Shown: positions 24,531 to 36,477 of the stretch, piece by piece | Numbering within the stretch: position 1 is the stretch's first letter | How the letters are laid out: each line of letters starts with the position of its first letter | NCBI RefSeq assembly: GCF_031769215.1 | Contig: NW_026782148.1 | Coordinates: forward strand, 310,001 to 374,000 | Reading direction: 5' to 3' | Origin: Ylistrum balloti | Taxonomy: Eukaryota | DNA length: 64,000 bases | Notes under the pieces: generated by a model | The model's input: the letters and a program-made list of their open reading frames with translations, nothing else | Database searches by the model: none | Told to the model about the DNA's origin: nothing | Made by a program: the position numbers and the translations under genes

Positions 24531-27500
24531 GCCGCTAGTCTGATATACATGGTTTGGGATTTGTCCTCCTCGATGTCCAGTGGCCTTGTCTTCATTGGCT
24601 CCCACGTGCGGTCCCATTGCGACATGATAGCGTCTCTAGCTCCTCCCCATTTCCCTGGTCCTTCGAGGCGGAACTGATACGGCGTACAGGGTCCAAAGTA
24701 ACACTTCATAGCCAGTGCAGGGTCAAGCAGCAACATTTGAGCTAGAACAAGATTTACAAAACGTTTTAAAATGTGAAAAGACAATATATATACAATGTAT
24801 ATATTTACAGCAATCAAATATTCGTTACATAAAAGTAACCAATGAAACAGTCTTACTTAAATTAGGACGGCAACCATTCAGCTCGGCCAGTTCATCCATA
24901 TAGGGGATGAAATCCACCTGTATAGTGTGGCGCGTGGACTCCACATAACGGTGACGCATGGCGATCTTTTTCTTCCGTATGTCTGTCCATTGGTCAACTC
25001 TGGACGGTAGCTGGACAGTCCCCTATGGTAGTGGTAATATCACAAACAACAGTGTCAATTTGTAATCAGTACCAAGGCTTTAATTAAAATGTGATTTGAT
25101 ATGTGATATTCAGTGGATAAAACAGCTGAAGGAGACAAAATAGGAAGTTTAAGGTACACATCACGAGAGCGATATATATTGACCATCGTTATTTTAGATT
25201 ACATGTCACGTATGTACACTTATTGTCAACTGACAATAGTACTTGTAGAATAAAAGTTCCACTTTAAGGAAAATTGTTTTGAAAAGTTACTTATTACAAA
25301 ATCTGAGAGCTGTCTAATGATGTGGCACGCACCGTACGTTCTCCATGTTATCTTGATTCACGCGAAAGTGAAAGCAACGAAAAGTAATAACATTATATAA
25401 GCAAATTTATGTAAATAAATAGGAGCAGGTGTATTCTTATTGATAACCCGAAACAGCAGTAAACATGACAAAACAAACCCTTCTCTTATTATTCGTGTAC
25501 AGGCAATGATTTAACGTCTGTTCCTAGATCAGTCAATTACATTATCCGATAAGCAATTTGGATTGATCGCCGTTAAGGCCTGGGTGGATCTCACGTACAC
25601 AGGCTAGCAGTAGATAAGAGATCACAGAAACACAAATTTATTACACTACAACACTAACACAAATATTCCATCCTTTTACCATATGACCAATTTGTTCTAA
25701 TCTCAGCAACTATACCCACTAAGGGATGAAATTATTACTAGTTGAATTGGTTCTGTTTAGAATAATAGAATCATAAAAATCTGTTTACCTTAAATACTCG
25801 AGTGGCAAGTCGCGCCTGCATCTCTGACAGTGGCATAATGGCTCCTAGAGGCTGGAAACAACCAATCACGCTCAAGGTCGGCTTCTCAAGGTCAGGAGGG
25901 AATTCATATTTATACATCTCGATCTGATTATCCTTCACGTCTAATACAGATTTGTCGATGAACGGAAAACCAAAAACATACCCCGTCCCGAGAATCACCG
26001 CATCAGCTTCCTCTTTTGTCCCGTCATCGAACTCCACCTCAGTTTCCGAAAAGCGTTTGATGTTTGGTTTGACAATGATTGAACCGTTAGCGATTTTATT
26101 CGGTAGATCATCGTTGACAGTCGGGTGTTGGGCGAAGGCATGATGCTTTGGCTTCAGTGAGTATTTGGCATGATCAAATCTGGCATTTAGCCGGGTTTCA
26201 ATCTCGAAGTTCACAAGAGGATCTGGAAAGTTGGTTCTCAGGAAGTCCATGACACGGCGAGTATACACCATGTCCACAGGTTTTCCAGAGTGAGCTATTC
26301 GATTCATTACCCATGTACCGCGGCGTGTACTCAAAAAAAGCTGAAATCAATAAAAAAGATGAAAGGATACGTTACTGTTCCAAACATTTGTCACCAGTGA
26401 AAACGGTTACTTGTATATTTTTGGTTTGAAAATATAGAACTAACTTTCTAATTTGATTAATTCATATATCTCTTGTCTCCTTTGGTTTCAGCCCGCTAGG
26501 CCGTTAGTATCGCTGGCGAGTCCTAGAAGGAAGAAACAACAGGATGGTGCAGTTTATTTTATCATCTAATTATAAAGCATCTGATTCAAAAATTATCTTA
26601 TTGTCTAACTTTTATGCATCTGATTCTAAATTTGTATAGAAGGTTACTGTTCACCGGTGTCGTGTACAATCTTTGTTGGTGTACAAAAGACATTGTTGTC
26701 GGACAATTCCGACGAATGGTATACTGGTGGTGGAAACTATCAAACTAAAAAAGAATAGCTTAGCTATAATGAAACATTATAATATTTCATACATCTAAAT
26801 TTATTGTGAGATTAATTTTCAAAAAGTCGAGAAGGAATTATAAACATGGAATTTAATAATGAAATATGTCAACATCAACGAGCAAACACAATTACTTTCG
26901 AGGCAAAACGTGACAACTCCACAGCTACATCACCGCCAGAGTTCCCCACCCCTACAACCACCACTTTCTTGTTCACGTAGTCATCAGTGGACTTAAAATC
27001 GTGTGTGTGTGTTATGGTCCCTTTGAAAGAATCCATGCCGGGGAAATCTGGCATCTTCTTTTGGGCGTGATGTCCCGTTGCAACCATAACGGCGTCAAAA
27101 ACATGGGAAGTGACTTCCTTTGACTTCCGGTCGCGGACTTGCAGCGTCCACTGTCCAGTAGTTTCGTAGTTTTCATGTTTTACTATGCGTATTACCTATG
27201 TCAAGCAAATAAAATGTATTTGTTAGTGTTTTATACAAAAATTTAAATGTATGTAAATATATTATTGTAGTGGAAAAAAGCCCAACAACCTACATCCAGT
27301 AATTACTCATTTGTCCCCCCACAACTGGAAGTATGCAACATTATTCAACACCAATTTACAACTGGGAATCACTTACATGTGATCATATAACCAGAAGTGT
27401 CGAAAAGTTTTAAGTATTTTGGGGCAAGTGTTTCTGTCCATATCTCATTATATGACAGCAACCGACCTGTTACGGAAGTATCCGATTGTCAGTCAACCCA

Positions 27501-28524
27501 CCCTCGGTAACCCCTAATTTGTTATCATAGAAACCGGGATAACTAAAGTGCAGCGGCTGCATCTCTCAAAAATCTTAGACTTACCTCGTTATTGAACCGG
27601 ATGTATTTCTCTAGGTCAAACCTGTCCGCGTACAACCGGAAGTATTTCTGTACGTAAGTGTTGTGCATGTAAACGGGGTATTCAGCGGGGATTGGGAAGT
27701 CACTGTAACACATCATTTCTTTACTCGTGTTGATCACCGTCGACTTCATCACACATGCCTGGTCGGAACGGACCTCTTCAGTATAGTTCCAGAGACCACC
27801 TTTTATAGTTAGCAAACGGCTTATAAATACCTTATTTGTACAATAAAGGAGATTTAACGGTTTCGTCATTCTGCAGCATTTGTCAACACCATCAAGTTTC
27901 CTTAATGGTTCAGTGCTCAGCCAGAGACAGATAATAGTTGCATCATCTCATATTGTTGACATCTTAAAATTTAGTTTGTTTCTCTTTTAATTAATTGATT
28001 AATTAATTAATTTATTTATTTAACTCACCATCATTAGACAGCAAGTTTTCGTAATCTTCAAGTACCTTATGGGAGTATGGAGTCAGAGGCTAACATTTAT
28101 CTCGCAGTGACATCTTGAACATATTCTTCGTGAAAATTAACAATTTTCTAAAATCCATCAACACCCTGTTGAAAACTGTATGAGAATTTTAAACCAACCG
28201 TAAAAAGAATTGAAAGACTTCATAAATAAATAACATTTTTAACAAGTATTGTCGAATTTCAGCTGAATAAATCGTTTTGAGGTAATTGTTCAGTCTTTTA
28301 TTTCATACAGAGAATGATTGTGTATTTATATAATATGTCCATGTAAGGGCGAAGGTTATGTGATCTGTCCCTGTCCGTCATGACTGAGGGTTACTGACGA
28401 TGTTTATGAACTTACCTATGTCATTTGTCCGTTCAAAACACGTCGGTTCGAGCCCTTCGTCCAGACAACATTTGATGGCAGGGAGACCGCTAGCTCCGGC
28501 CCCTATTACCGCTACTGTCTTCAT
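24488..28524 (-). CDS. FMO: Flavin-containing monooxygenase (FMO5-like, dimethylaniline monooxygenase family), 531 aa
   Basis: Six phase-consistent exons: 28524-28416, 27799-27585, 27195-26896, 26340-25789, 25022-24857, 24741-24488 (1596 nt). Motifs: FAD-binding [17 protein letters not shown] signature [16 protein letters not shown]-binding GVGNSG, and a C-terminal hydrophobic anchor [16 protein letters not shown]. An acceptor above 28604 implies an upstream UTR exon. Orthology to a specific vertebrate paralogue is not established. Confidence 0.95.
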
Positions 28525-29089
28525 GGCTCCTTCAATAAACAGGTCTCCTCGTTGATGGTCAGTTAGGTCCTATTGTTCATAATATCGTACTATATGTTGT
28601 CATCCTACAAAATGACCTCGGCTTAAAACCCAGTCCTATCACGTTGTATACTGATATGGTACATACCCTCTGATATCAACGTGTGTAAACACACGTGCTC
28701 TCACTGCTCATGATAAAAAAACCAGTTTATTTGAATGTTTAAGAGTAACGTAAGAATATCACCAGATAATGTTTTTGCATTGATTTGGGATAACAATCAA
28801 TACCCATGTTGTGTATTCCAATTACATTTGTATTCGATAGTATAAATGGTTCCACATTTCCTGTGTGATCAGTGTTTCTGACTTCAGGCCAAATTCACGT
28901 ACTTCGATCATTTTCTTTTTAAATATCGTATAAGTAGGACTGTTATCGGTATCAGAAAAATATCAAAATTGTCGTTAAACAAAAATATCATTAAAATTTT
29001 CTTCGTCGTTAAGATAATGGTTTATAATTGACACAGGTGTAACTCTATCATAAAAGGTGTCAGTATTTTTCAGACTGAGAGACTAACAG

Positions 29090-30400
29090 ATGGTTAAGTT
29101 AACAGGCAGGCTGTAAGGGTACAAGGTGGTCAAATGATCACACTGACATATCATTAGTTTAACACGTTGCCAAGTTAACGGACGGACATGCCGTGAGGCT
29201 AACAGATGGCTAAGTTAATGAACAGACCGTTAGGCTACACGGTGGTCAAATTTCCGGACTGATAGGCCGTTAGTTTAACAGGTTGCCAAGTTTACAGAAG
29301 GACGGGCCGTTAGGTTAACAGGTGGCCAAGTTAACAGAAGGACCAGCCGTTAGGTTAACAGGTGGCCAAGTTAACAGAAGGACAAGCCGTTAGTTTAACA
29401 GGTGGCCAAGTTAACAGAAGGAAAAGCCGTTAGGTTAAAAGGTTGCCAAGTTTACAGAAGGACGGGCCGTTAAGTTAACAGGTGGCCAAGTTAACAGAAG
29501 GACAAGCCGTTAGGTTAACAGGTGGCCAGGTTAACAGAAGGACAAGCCGTTAGGTTAACAGGTGGCCAAGTTAACAGAAGGACAAGCCGTTAGTTTAACA
29601 GGTGGCCAAGTTAACAGAAGGACAAGCCGTTAGGTTAACAGGTGACCAAGTTAACAGAAGGACAAGCCGTTAGGTTAACAGGTGGCCAAGTTAACAGAAG
29701 GACAAGCCGTTAGGTTAACAGGTGGCCAGGCTTACAGAAGGACGGGTCGTTAGGTTAACAGGTGGCCAGGTTAAGGGACAAACCGTTAAGCTACAGGGAG
29801 GTCAAATGACCAGACCGTTAGTATAATAGGTGGTCAAGTTAACGGACGGACAGGTTAACAGAAGGACAAGCCGTTAGGTTAACAGGTGGCCAAGTTAACA
29901 GAAGGACAAGCCGTTAGGTTAACAGGTGGCCAAGTTAACAGAAGGACAAGCCGTTAGGTTAACAGGTGGCCAAGTTAAGGGACAAACCGTTAAGCTACAG
30001 GGAGGTCAAATGACCAGACCGTTAGTATAATAGGTGGTCAAGTTAACGGACGGACAGGTCATGAGGCTAACAGGTGGCCAAGTTAACAGAAGGACAAGCC
30101 GTTATGTTAAGAGGTGGCCAAGTTAAGGGACAGACCGTTAAGCTACAGGGAGGTCAAATGACCAGACCGTTAGTATAATAGGTGGTCAAGTTAACGGACG
30201 GACAGGTCATGAGGCTAACAGGTGGCCGAGTTAACAGAAGGACGGGGCGTTAGGTTAACAGATGGTCAAGGTAACAGAAGGACATACCGTTAGGTTAACA
30301 GGTGGCCAAGTTAATGTACAGGTCGTTTGGCTGCAATGTTGCCAAATTCAGAGACTGATAGGCCGTTAGGTATCTGAGATGGCCAAGTTACCAGACTGAC
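29090..30400. repeat. 40-bp minisatellite with diverged flanks and larger sub-blocks
   Basis: Unit GTTAACAGGTGGCCAAGTTAACAGAAGGACAAGCCGTTAG. An ~85-bp variant block recurs near 29771, 29975 and 30122. Confidence 0.92.
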
Positions 30401-30589
30401 AGATTTTTAAGTCAGACGGAAATGCAGTTACGTTACTATGTGACGAAGTTATCAGAAGGAAAGGCCATTTGGTTCAGAGATGGAAAACTTAACAAATTGA
30501 CAGGCCGTAAGATTTAAAGGTGACAAACTATCAGAATGAAATGCCGTAGGCTTTATAACATGTCGACAAGTTAACAAATTGACAGTCCG

Positions 30590-30930
30590 TTTGACCCTCT
30601 TGGCTGTCATTTTCAACCTAAAGAGAGACCTAATGATAGCAAATCTTTGTCAGATTCCATTCCTTAACATTCTTACCAATTTTCAGCTCACTGATACCAG
30701 TGGGACTTGAGAAGTTTGAAATGTGTTTTTCAAGATGACAGCCATGGCGGCCATTTTGGACCAACCTGAACAATGAGAACACTTGATCATGACCATCTCA
30801 GGATTATTTCAGGTAGGATTCAGCTCAATTCCATCAGTAAAACGTGAAAGAAAGTATAAAATGTAAAATGTTTACACACAGAGGATGACGAGGGGTGGAA
30901 TACAATGGATATAGGTCAAAGATAGACAGG
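30590..30930. mobile_element. Probable non-autonomous interspersed repeat (bivalve HINE/MITE-like)
   Basis: Contains CAAGATGACAGCCATGGCGGCCATTTTGGA and similar motifs recalled from dispersed bivalve repeats. Ends are not defined. Confidence 0.35.
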
Positions 30931-32242
30931 TGGCCTTGGTATGAAGGTGGCCTTTAAGACAGGTTTGACTATATATGTGTTTAAATACATGAGGTTCACA
31001 TACCACAGCTTTCACATTACACTATTCCTCTTAATGTCATTTTTTGCTTAATATCACATTTTCCTTTGACAAATGATATTATCAGAGACATACATAAGAA
31101 ATTGAAAACATGTCTAATGAAAATCAGTGCCAGTCATTCAAAGTCTGATTAGCTTTTATGACTAATAAATATATATCTGTATCATCCAATATTTGAACAA
31201 AATAAAAATACAATTCTTGGTTCATATGTATATCTATTGATAAAATTAAGCTCATAATTTTAAGATAACTTGAAATGATGTAATTAGCTACCAGACCCAG
31301 ATGGCAGGAAACTAGCTATCTACCAGTTTCAGTAATTCGCACAAAAAGAGTATATTAACCAATATTGATTGCTTATTCAATATTACAGACAGAATAGAGT
31401 TTACAAGTATAGGTATGTCCTCTACATAACCATGTTCTCAATATTCAATTGTCAAATTCAATACAAAAACATCTGACCTCATGTCAGGAAAGGAAATGCA
31501 TAATAGGTTTAGAGAAAATCAAATTTTATTGAAGCATTCAAAATTTAATAATTTAATCAAGATTCAAATAAAAGGAAACAACTCAATTAAGAATTGATTT
31601 TTTAATTAAAAAAAATACAACAAACTCCATGGTAAATGTACCTCAAATGATTATTACAATACATATGTATGGAATACAAGGTTGGAAACTTCAATCCTTT
31701 CTTGAGGAAATTGGACTAAATATTCAGAAGCATTGTGCATCTTTGATAAATTGCTCTATATTGCTCTAATCAAATTTACACAGGAAGTTTATTTTACAAG
31801 TTAACACAAAAGAGATGTAAAATAATATAAAATTCAAAGGCTAGACAGAACATAATATCGAGATTGTTATCACAGAATATAGGTAAATACATTGTATTAT
31901 AAAAAAAAATCAGTATAAAATGAAAAAATAATTATGCTTCATAATTTAAACCAGCAATGTGCATGAAAACATAATAATTAATAAGGCCAAGTCTTTTTGA
32001 TTGCTAATCACATTCCTGATATGTGATATGTATATCCAGTGATCATACAGCTATATATCAAACCGCTATATGAATTAATTAAAATTAATTTTCAAATATC
32101 TATAGAAGGCATTTTGGCATTAAATGATTTGTTTTGCTTCTGTCAAGGATGATTTAACAAGAAGAACTAAATGATGCTGAAAACATTTCAGGTAACGGCT
32201 GACAGGCTCCGTAAGTATTGTCCTTTAATAGTGAAAAACATG

Positions 32243-33431
32243 CTATTGTTTCATTGAAATAAGAATTTTGCCAAGATTTCCAGATTCGTGAAGTCGCCTG
32301 ATCTCTGGCTCACCGCCAATGTACTTTCCCCTGACAAACAGCTGGGGTACCTGGGAAAAATAAAAACTAGTCAGGAATGGTTTAACAGATTAAAAAAAAT
32401 TGTTAAAAATACCAACTGACGGATATATGTGATCTCTATGATAACGAAATAAAAGGAATAATAAGTAAGTAAATGGCAAAGCTAGTTGTCTTCAATTTTG
32501 TCATGTTTATCATTCTTACGATTATTGATTTTGTTAAACGTTATACAATTCTATATACAGGTTCAAGTAAATTAATTTTCAGAATCGACTGACTGCCTCC
32601 CCATTAACTTGCCGAAATGGTTTTATTTACCAGTGATATAGTATTTAGGTGTTTTAATTGATTCTGGAACAAGTCAACATAATAAATGTTGGAAATACAA
32701 TGTACACAATGATCAGGAGAGGTCTACAACAGTATACTTTGTACAGTTAAGTGGACATGTAGGTAGGTGCACAAAAGTCAAATATCAAGTTAAGATGATA
32801 TTTATGTACAGTACATTGCAAATCATAATTTAATAATATCTAAACTGGTCCGGAATGTTATAATGTAGACAAATGATAATAATGACAATGATGATAAATA
32901 ATGATAATGATAAACAAAAAGAAGAAACGTGGAAAGTGAGTGATTTTCACAAGATTAAGCAGGCCATCACTACATACAAATGTTCTTTGAATGCATGTAT
33001 CATACTGTAGGAGGTGTACCCCTGATATCGCAAATAGAATGACCGGGAGTATAAGGCTTAACCTCTTAATTACAAATCTATAAAGTCGATCGATTTCTGA
33101 ATGTTGATATCCAGCAGGAAGGATTTTCTTTTCTTTTAAAGCAAACTCGAACTTCCATATTATCTACAGTATAACATAAACATATACGATTACTGTTTGT
33201 CAGTACACCCACCGCTCGTCTGTCGGTCAGACAAATTATCTGAAAGTAATCTTCAATTTGGTTACAATCTTGTCGGTTCTCAATTTCCACCACTTCGTAA
33301 GTCTGATTTGTTAACTTGTACCCGTCCATGATATCCTTTACAGTTTGACATTCCGGGCTATACTTCTTAGAAAACAATAAAACAGGTCGTTGTTTTATCT
33401 TACTGTCAACAAATGGTTTTGCACCTGCCAT
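32243..33431 (-). CDS. Glutaredoxin-like protein with SPEC active-site variant, 108 aa
   Basis: Exons 33431-33213 and 32350-32243 (phase 0, GTGGGT donor, TTTTTCCCAG acceptor). Protein: MAGAKPFVDSKIKQRPVLLFSKKYSPECQTVK...RRAVPQLFVRGKYIGGEPEIRRLHESGNL. It has the Grx hallmarks FSKxY, (T)VP cis-Pro and IGG. Confidence 0.88.
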
Positions 33432-36158
33432 TTTTATAAAGAAAGTAATAGCACAATCGCCCGCGAATAAGGCGTCCTTGGCTACGTAAAATCAACGTAG
33501 TATCTCCTTTTGTACCCTAGCCACGTCTGACCGTACCCTACAAACGCTCTACTGACTACACAGCTTGACTATGCAAAGAAGCATAACTCTGGTATAAAGG
33601 TAGTATACCAGTGTTATACCGAGCCGATCATAACGTCACATAATATTTCCAATAAAACAAATTAGTTTGCTTGAATTATTCAATGATCTGTAAATACATT
33701 AAAAAATGTAAATTACGATTACATGTATACGGGATACCTACTTTATCTTTCTATTCTACGGTATAGAAATATTCATTAGAATAAATGAAATTTAAGTCAC
33801 TCGGATACGTTTTGATATAATTAATCGTAACAGAAAAAGAGAGGATCTTGGCTATCTTTAATTTCACACGCCTAGATTTTAAAAAACTATCTAATTATCT
33901 GATTGTTTTACTTCTTCCTTTGTATCTGAATTTATATCTTCTCTTGAAAAAATAAAACCAAACAGACCAAAATCTACAATATCGACCACAAACTTCAAGC
34001 TAGCCATTTACATATCGTCAAATTTCTCAACCTAATTAATCCAAATGGCATCGTTATATCCTGTAAAAACATAACTATTTATCAAGATGGAATTTCGTAT
34101 ATTTATTAAATAAAGTTATACACCAATTTATTTATAACATGCAGTCAAAATGATGTGTCAACTTCATTTAATTAACGAGAAACGCACACGTATTCGAGAT
34201 GTGAACAGCGACACTGAATGTTCATAGTCAGGACTATAAAGTTATAGTTGTAATACCACAGTCCATTTTCCTGTTTTTGTTCACTGACCTCTGAAGTAGA
34301 TAAACCTTTTCCGGAGGTGGCAGCAATGCAGGCAATCTCAGTGAAGAGGAATGAGGAATGTAAAAAGAAAAAAAAATTGGACGCGGTACAGGTTTCAGCA
34401 CATGCGCGGGAAATACACAACATTTGCTCCTCCCACGTCAATGGAAGATTGTGTTCCTCGTCAGTCTATTCTTTGTTTCTCTTCTTGGTTGAATCAATGA
34501 CCAACATTTCATGGTCTTAACATGGTGTCTTGTGTGGTCTTACAAAAAATGAATATGTATGTATATATGTGCATATTTTCATAGCATCTAGCATTGAGTC
34601 AGTCGGCCACTGTACTCCGGGATTCTGGGTCTAAGGCACATTCGTCGTGAGGACGCTAAATGTCACAACACCGTGTTTACATGGTGTTTCAATGGGAACA
34701 AACTAACTGTAATCCTTGTGATCGTACATCTCGCACAATTATATATTTCCGAAAAAGTGGCGATCGCCTTCTTCAAAGATAATCATTCTGTATGAGGTCG
34801 AAAGAATTAATTATATAAGTGAAAGAAAACAGCAAGTTTGCGTGGGTAACTCTAAATCCTCTATTAAATCTTCTAATGCGGGTGTTCCACAAGGCTCAGT
34901 ACTTGGTCCCCTATTATTTATTTTATATATTAATGATTTAACCGATAATCTTCAGAGTTTCTCAAAATTATTTGCCGATGACACTTCTTTATTATACTCG
35001 AACCCATCCCCTTACAACGTTGAAACTGTAATAAATGATGATTTAGAACAAATTCAAAATTGGGCGAGAAAGTGGCTAGTAAAGTTTAATCCAACTAAAA
35101 CAGAAGCATTACTTATCCATAATTCCGAATTAGACTACGCGATAGATATAAAATTTGATAATGTTAGTGTGAATTTTGTAGATAATCATAAGCATTTGGG
35201 GGTAACATTTGACCAGAATTGTAAATGGACAAGTCATATTGAGGACATTTGTAAAAAAGTATCTAAGCAGATTAGTATCTTGCGAAAACTTAAATTTATT
35301 CTAGGTAGACAAACATTGTATAGAATATATAATTCTTATATTATTCCACTATTAGAATATTGCTGTGAGGTATGGGATGGATGTACTCTCGGTGACGCAG
35401 ACAAATTAGAAAAACTTAAATTAGAGGCTGCTCGTGTGATTACGGGGTTACCATCTTATACGAGCAGAGATTCCTTATATTCTGAATGTGGGTTAGAACC
35501 ACTTTGCTTTAGACGCTCTAGAAGGAAATTGCAGCTTTTTTATAAAATCAAAAATAACTTAACACCTGATTATTTATCCACTCTTCTTCCCCCCTTAGTC
35601 TCAGAAAATTCACCCTATAACCTTCGAAATGCCAATAATTACTCCATACCAAACTACCGTCTACAACTCACAAAATCTTCTTTCTTTCCCTCTACTATTC
35701 ATCTTTGGAATCAGTTAGACCACGATATCCGACAAAGTGAAACATATTCGGTCTTTAAACACTCTCTCCGTAAAAACACAGACATTCGAATTCCGCCCTA
35801 TTTTCTTATTGGTGATAGAAAAACTAACATCCTGCATGCCAGATTACGTAACAGATCCAGTACTTTAAATAATGACTTGTTTCATGCTAACTTAATTAAT
35901 TATAAACACTGTCAATGTGGACACTATATCGAAGATGCTCATCACTTCTTTTTTGTATGTAATAATTATGCCTACCAACGCCTACAACTTTATCGTGAGC
36001 TTAATGATTTCATTCCACTAGACCTCCACCTTCTATTATTTGGAAACTCCGAGCTGACTAACCAGGAAAACGAAACTATATGCCAATCCACCCAAAGATT
36101 TATTATAAATACAAACCGGTTTTAAATTATACTCTATAGTAAATTATAATCGTTCCTT

Positions 36159-36318
36159 CCCAACTCGGGTGACAATCGGTTGAGATATGTTATTTCCAGA
36201 AGGATCAGCATGGACCAAGGAGAAGGACATCGGTGGCACGGTTTTTGATAGACATTGACAAGTTGAACGCTAGGAAGAGTGGAATAGTATAAAGAATGTG
36301 ATTGTCACCTGGGTTGGG
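36159..36318. mobile_element. 160-bp element with 19-bp terminal inverted repeats (MITE-like) in the LINE 3' region
   Basis: CCCAACTCGGGTGACAATC (36159-36177) and GATTGTCACCTGGGTTGGG (36300-36318) are 17/19 inverted matches. Confidence 0.5.
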
Positions 36319-36347
36319 TTAGACCATATCGCTATTGTTCCTTTTTC

Positions 36348-36477
36348 NNNNNNNNNNNNNNNNNNNNNNNNNNNNNNNNNNNNNNNNNNNNNNNNNNNNN
36401 NNNNNNNNNNNNNNNNNNNNNNNNNNNNNNNNNNNNNNNNNNNNNNNNNNNNNNNNNNNNNNNNNNNNNNNNNNNNN
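36348..36477. other. Assembly gap (130 N)
   Basis: Run of n characters. Confidence 1.

Noticed and set aside
24340-24677. Plus-strand ORFs over the FMO 3' end
   Set aside because: They are antisense to the FMO last exon and its 41-bp repeat.
33357-33359. Selenocysteine at the Grx active site
   Set aside because: The codon is AGC (Ser), not TGA.
34172-34520. Overlapping short ORFs (WEEQMLCISRACAETC...)
   Set aside because: This looks like decayed coding sequence with a stop and a poly-T frameshift, but no family could be assigned.
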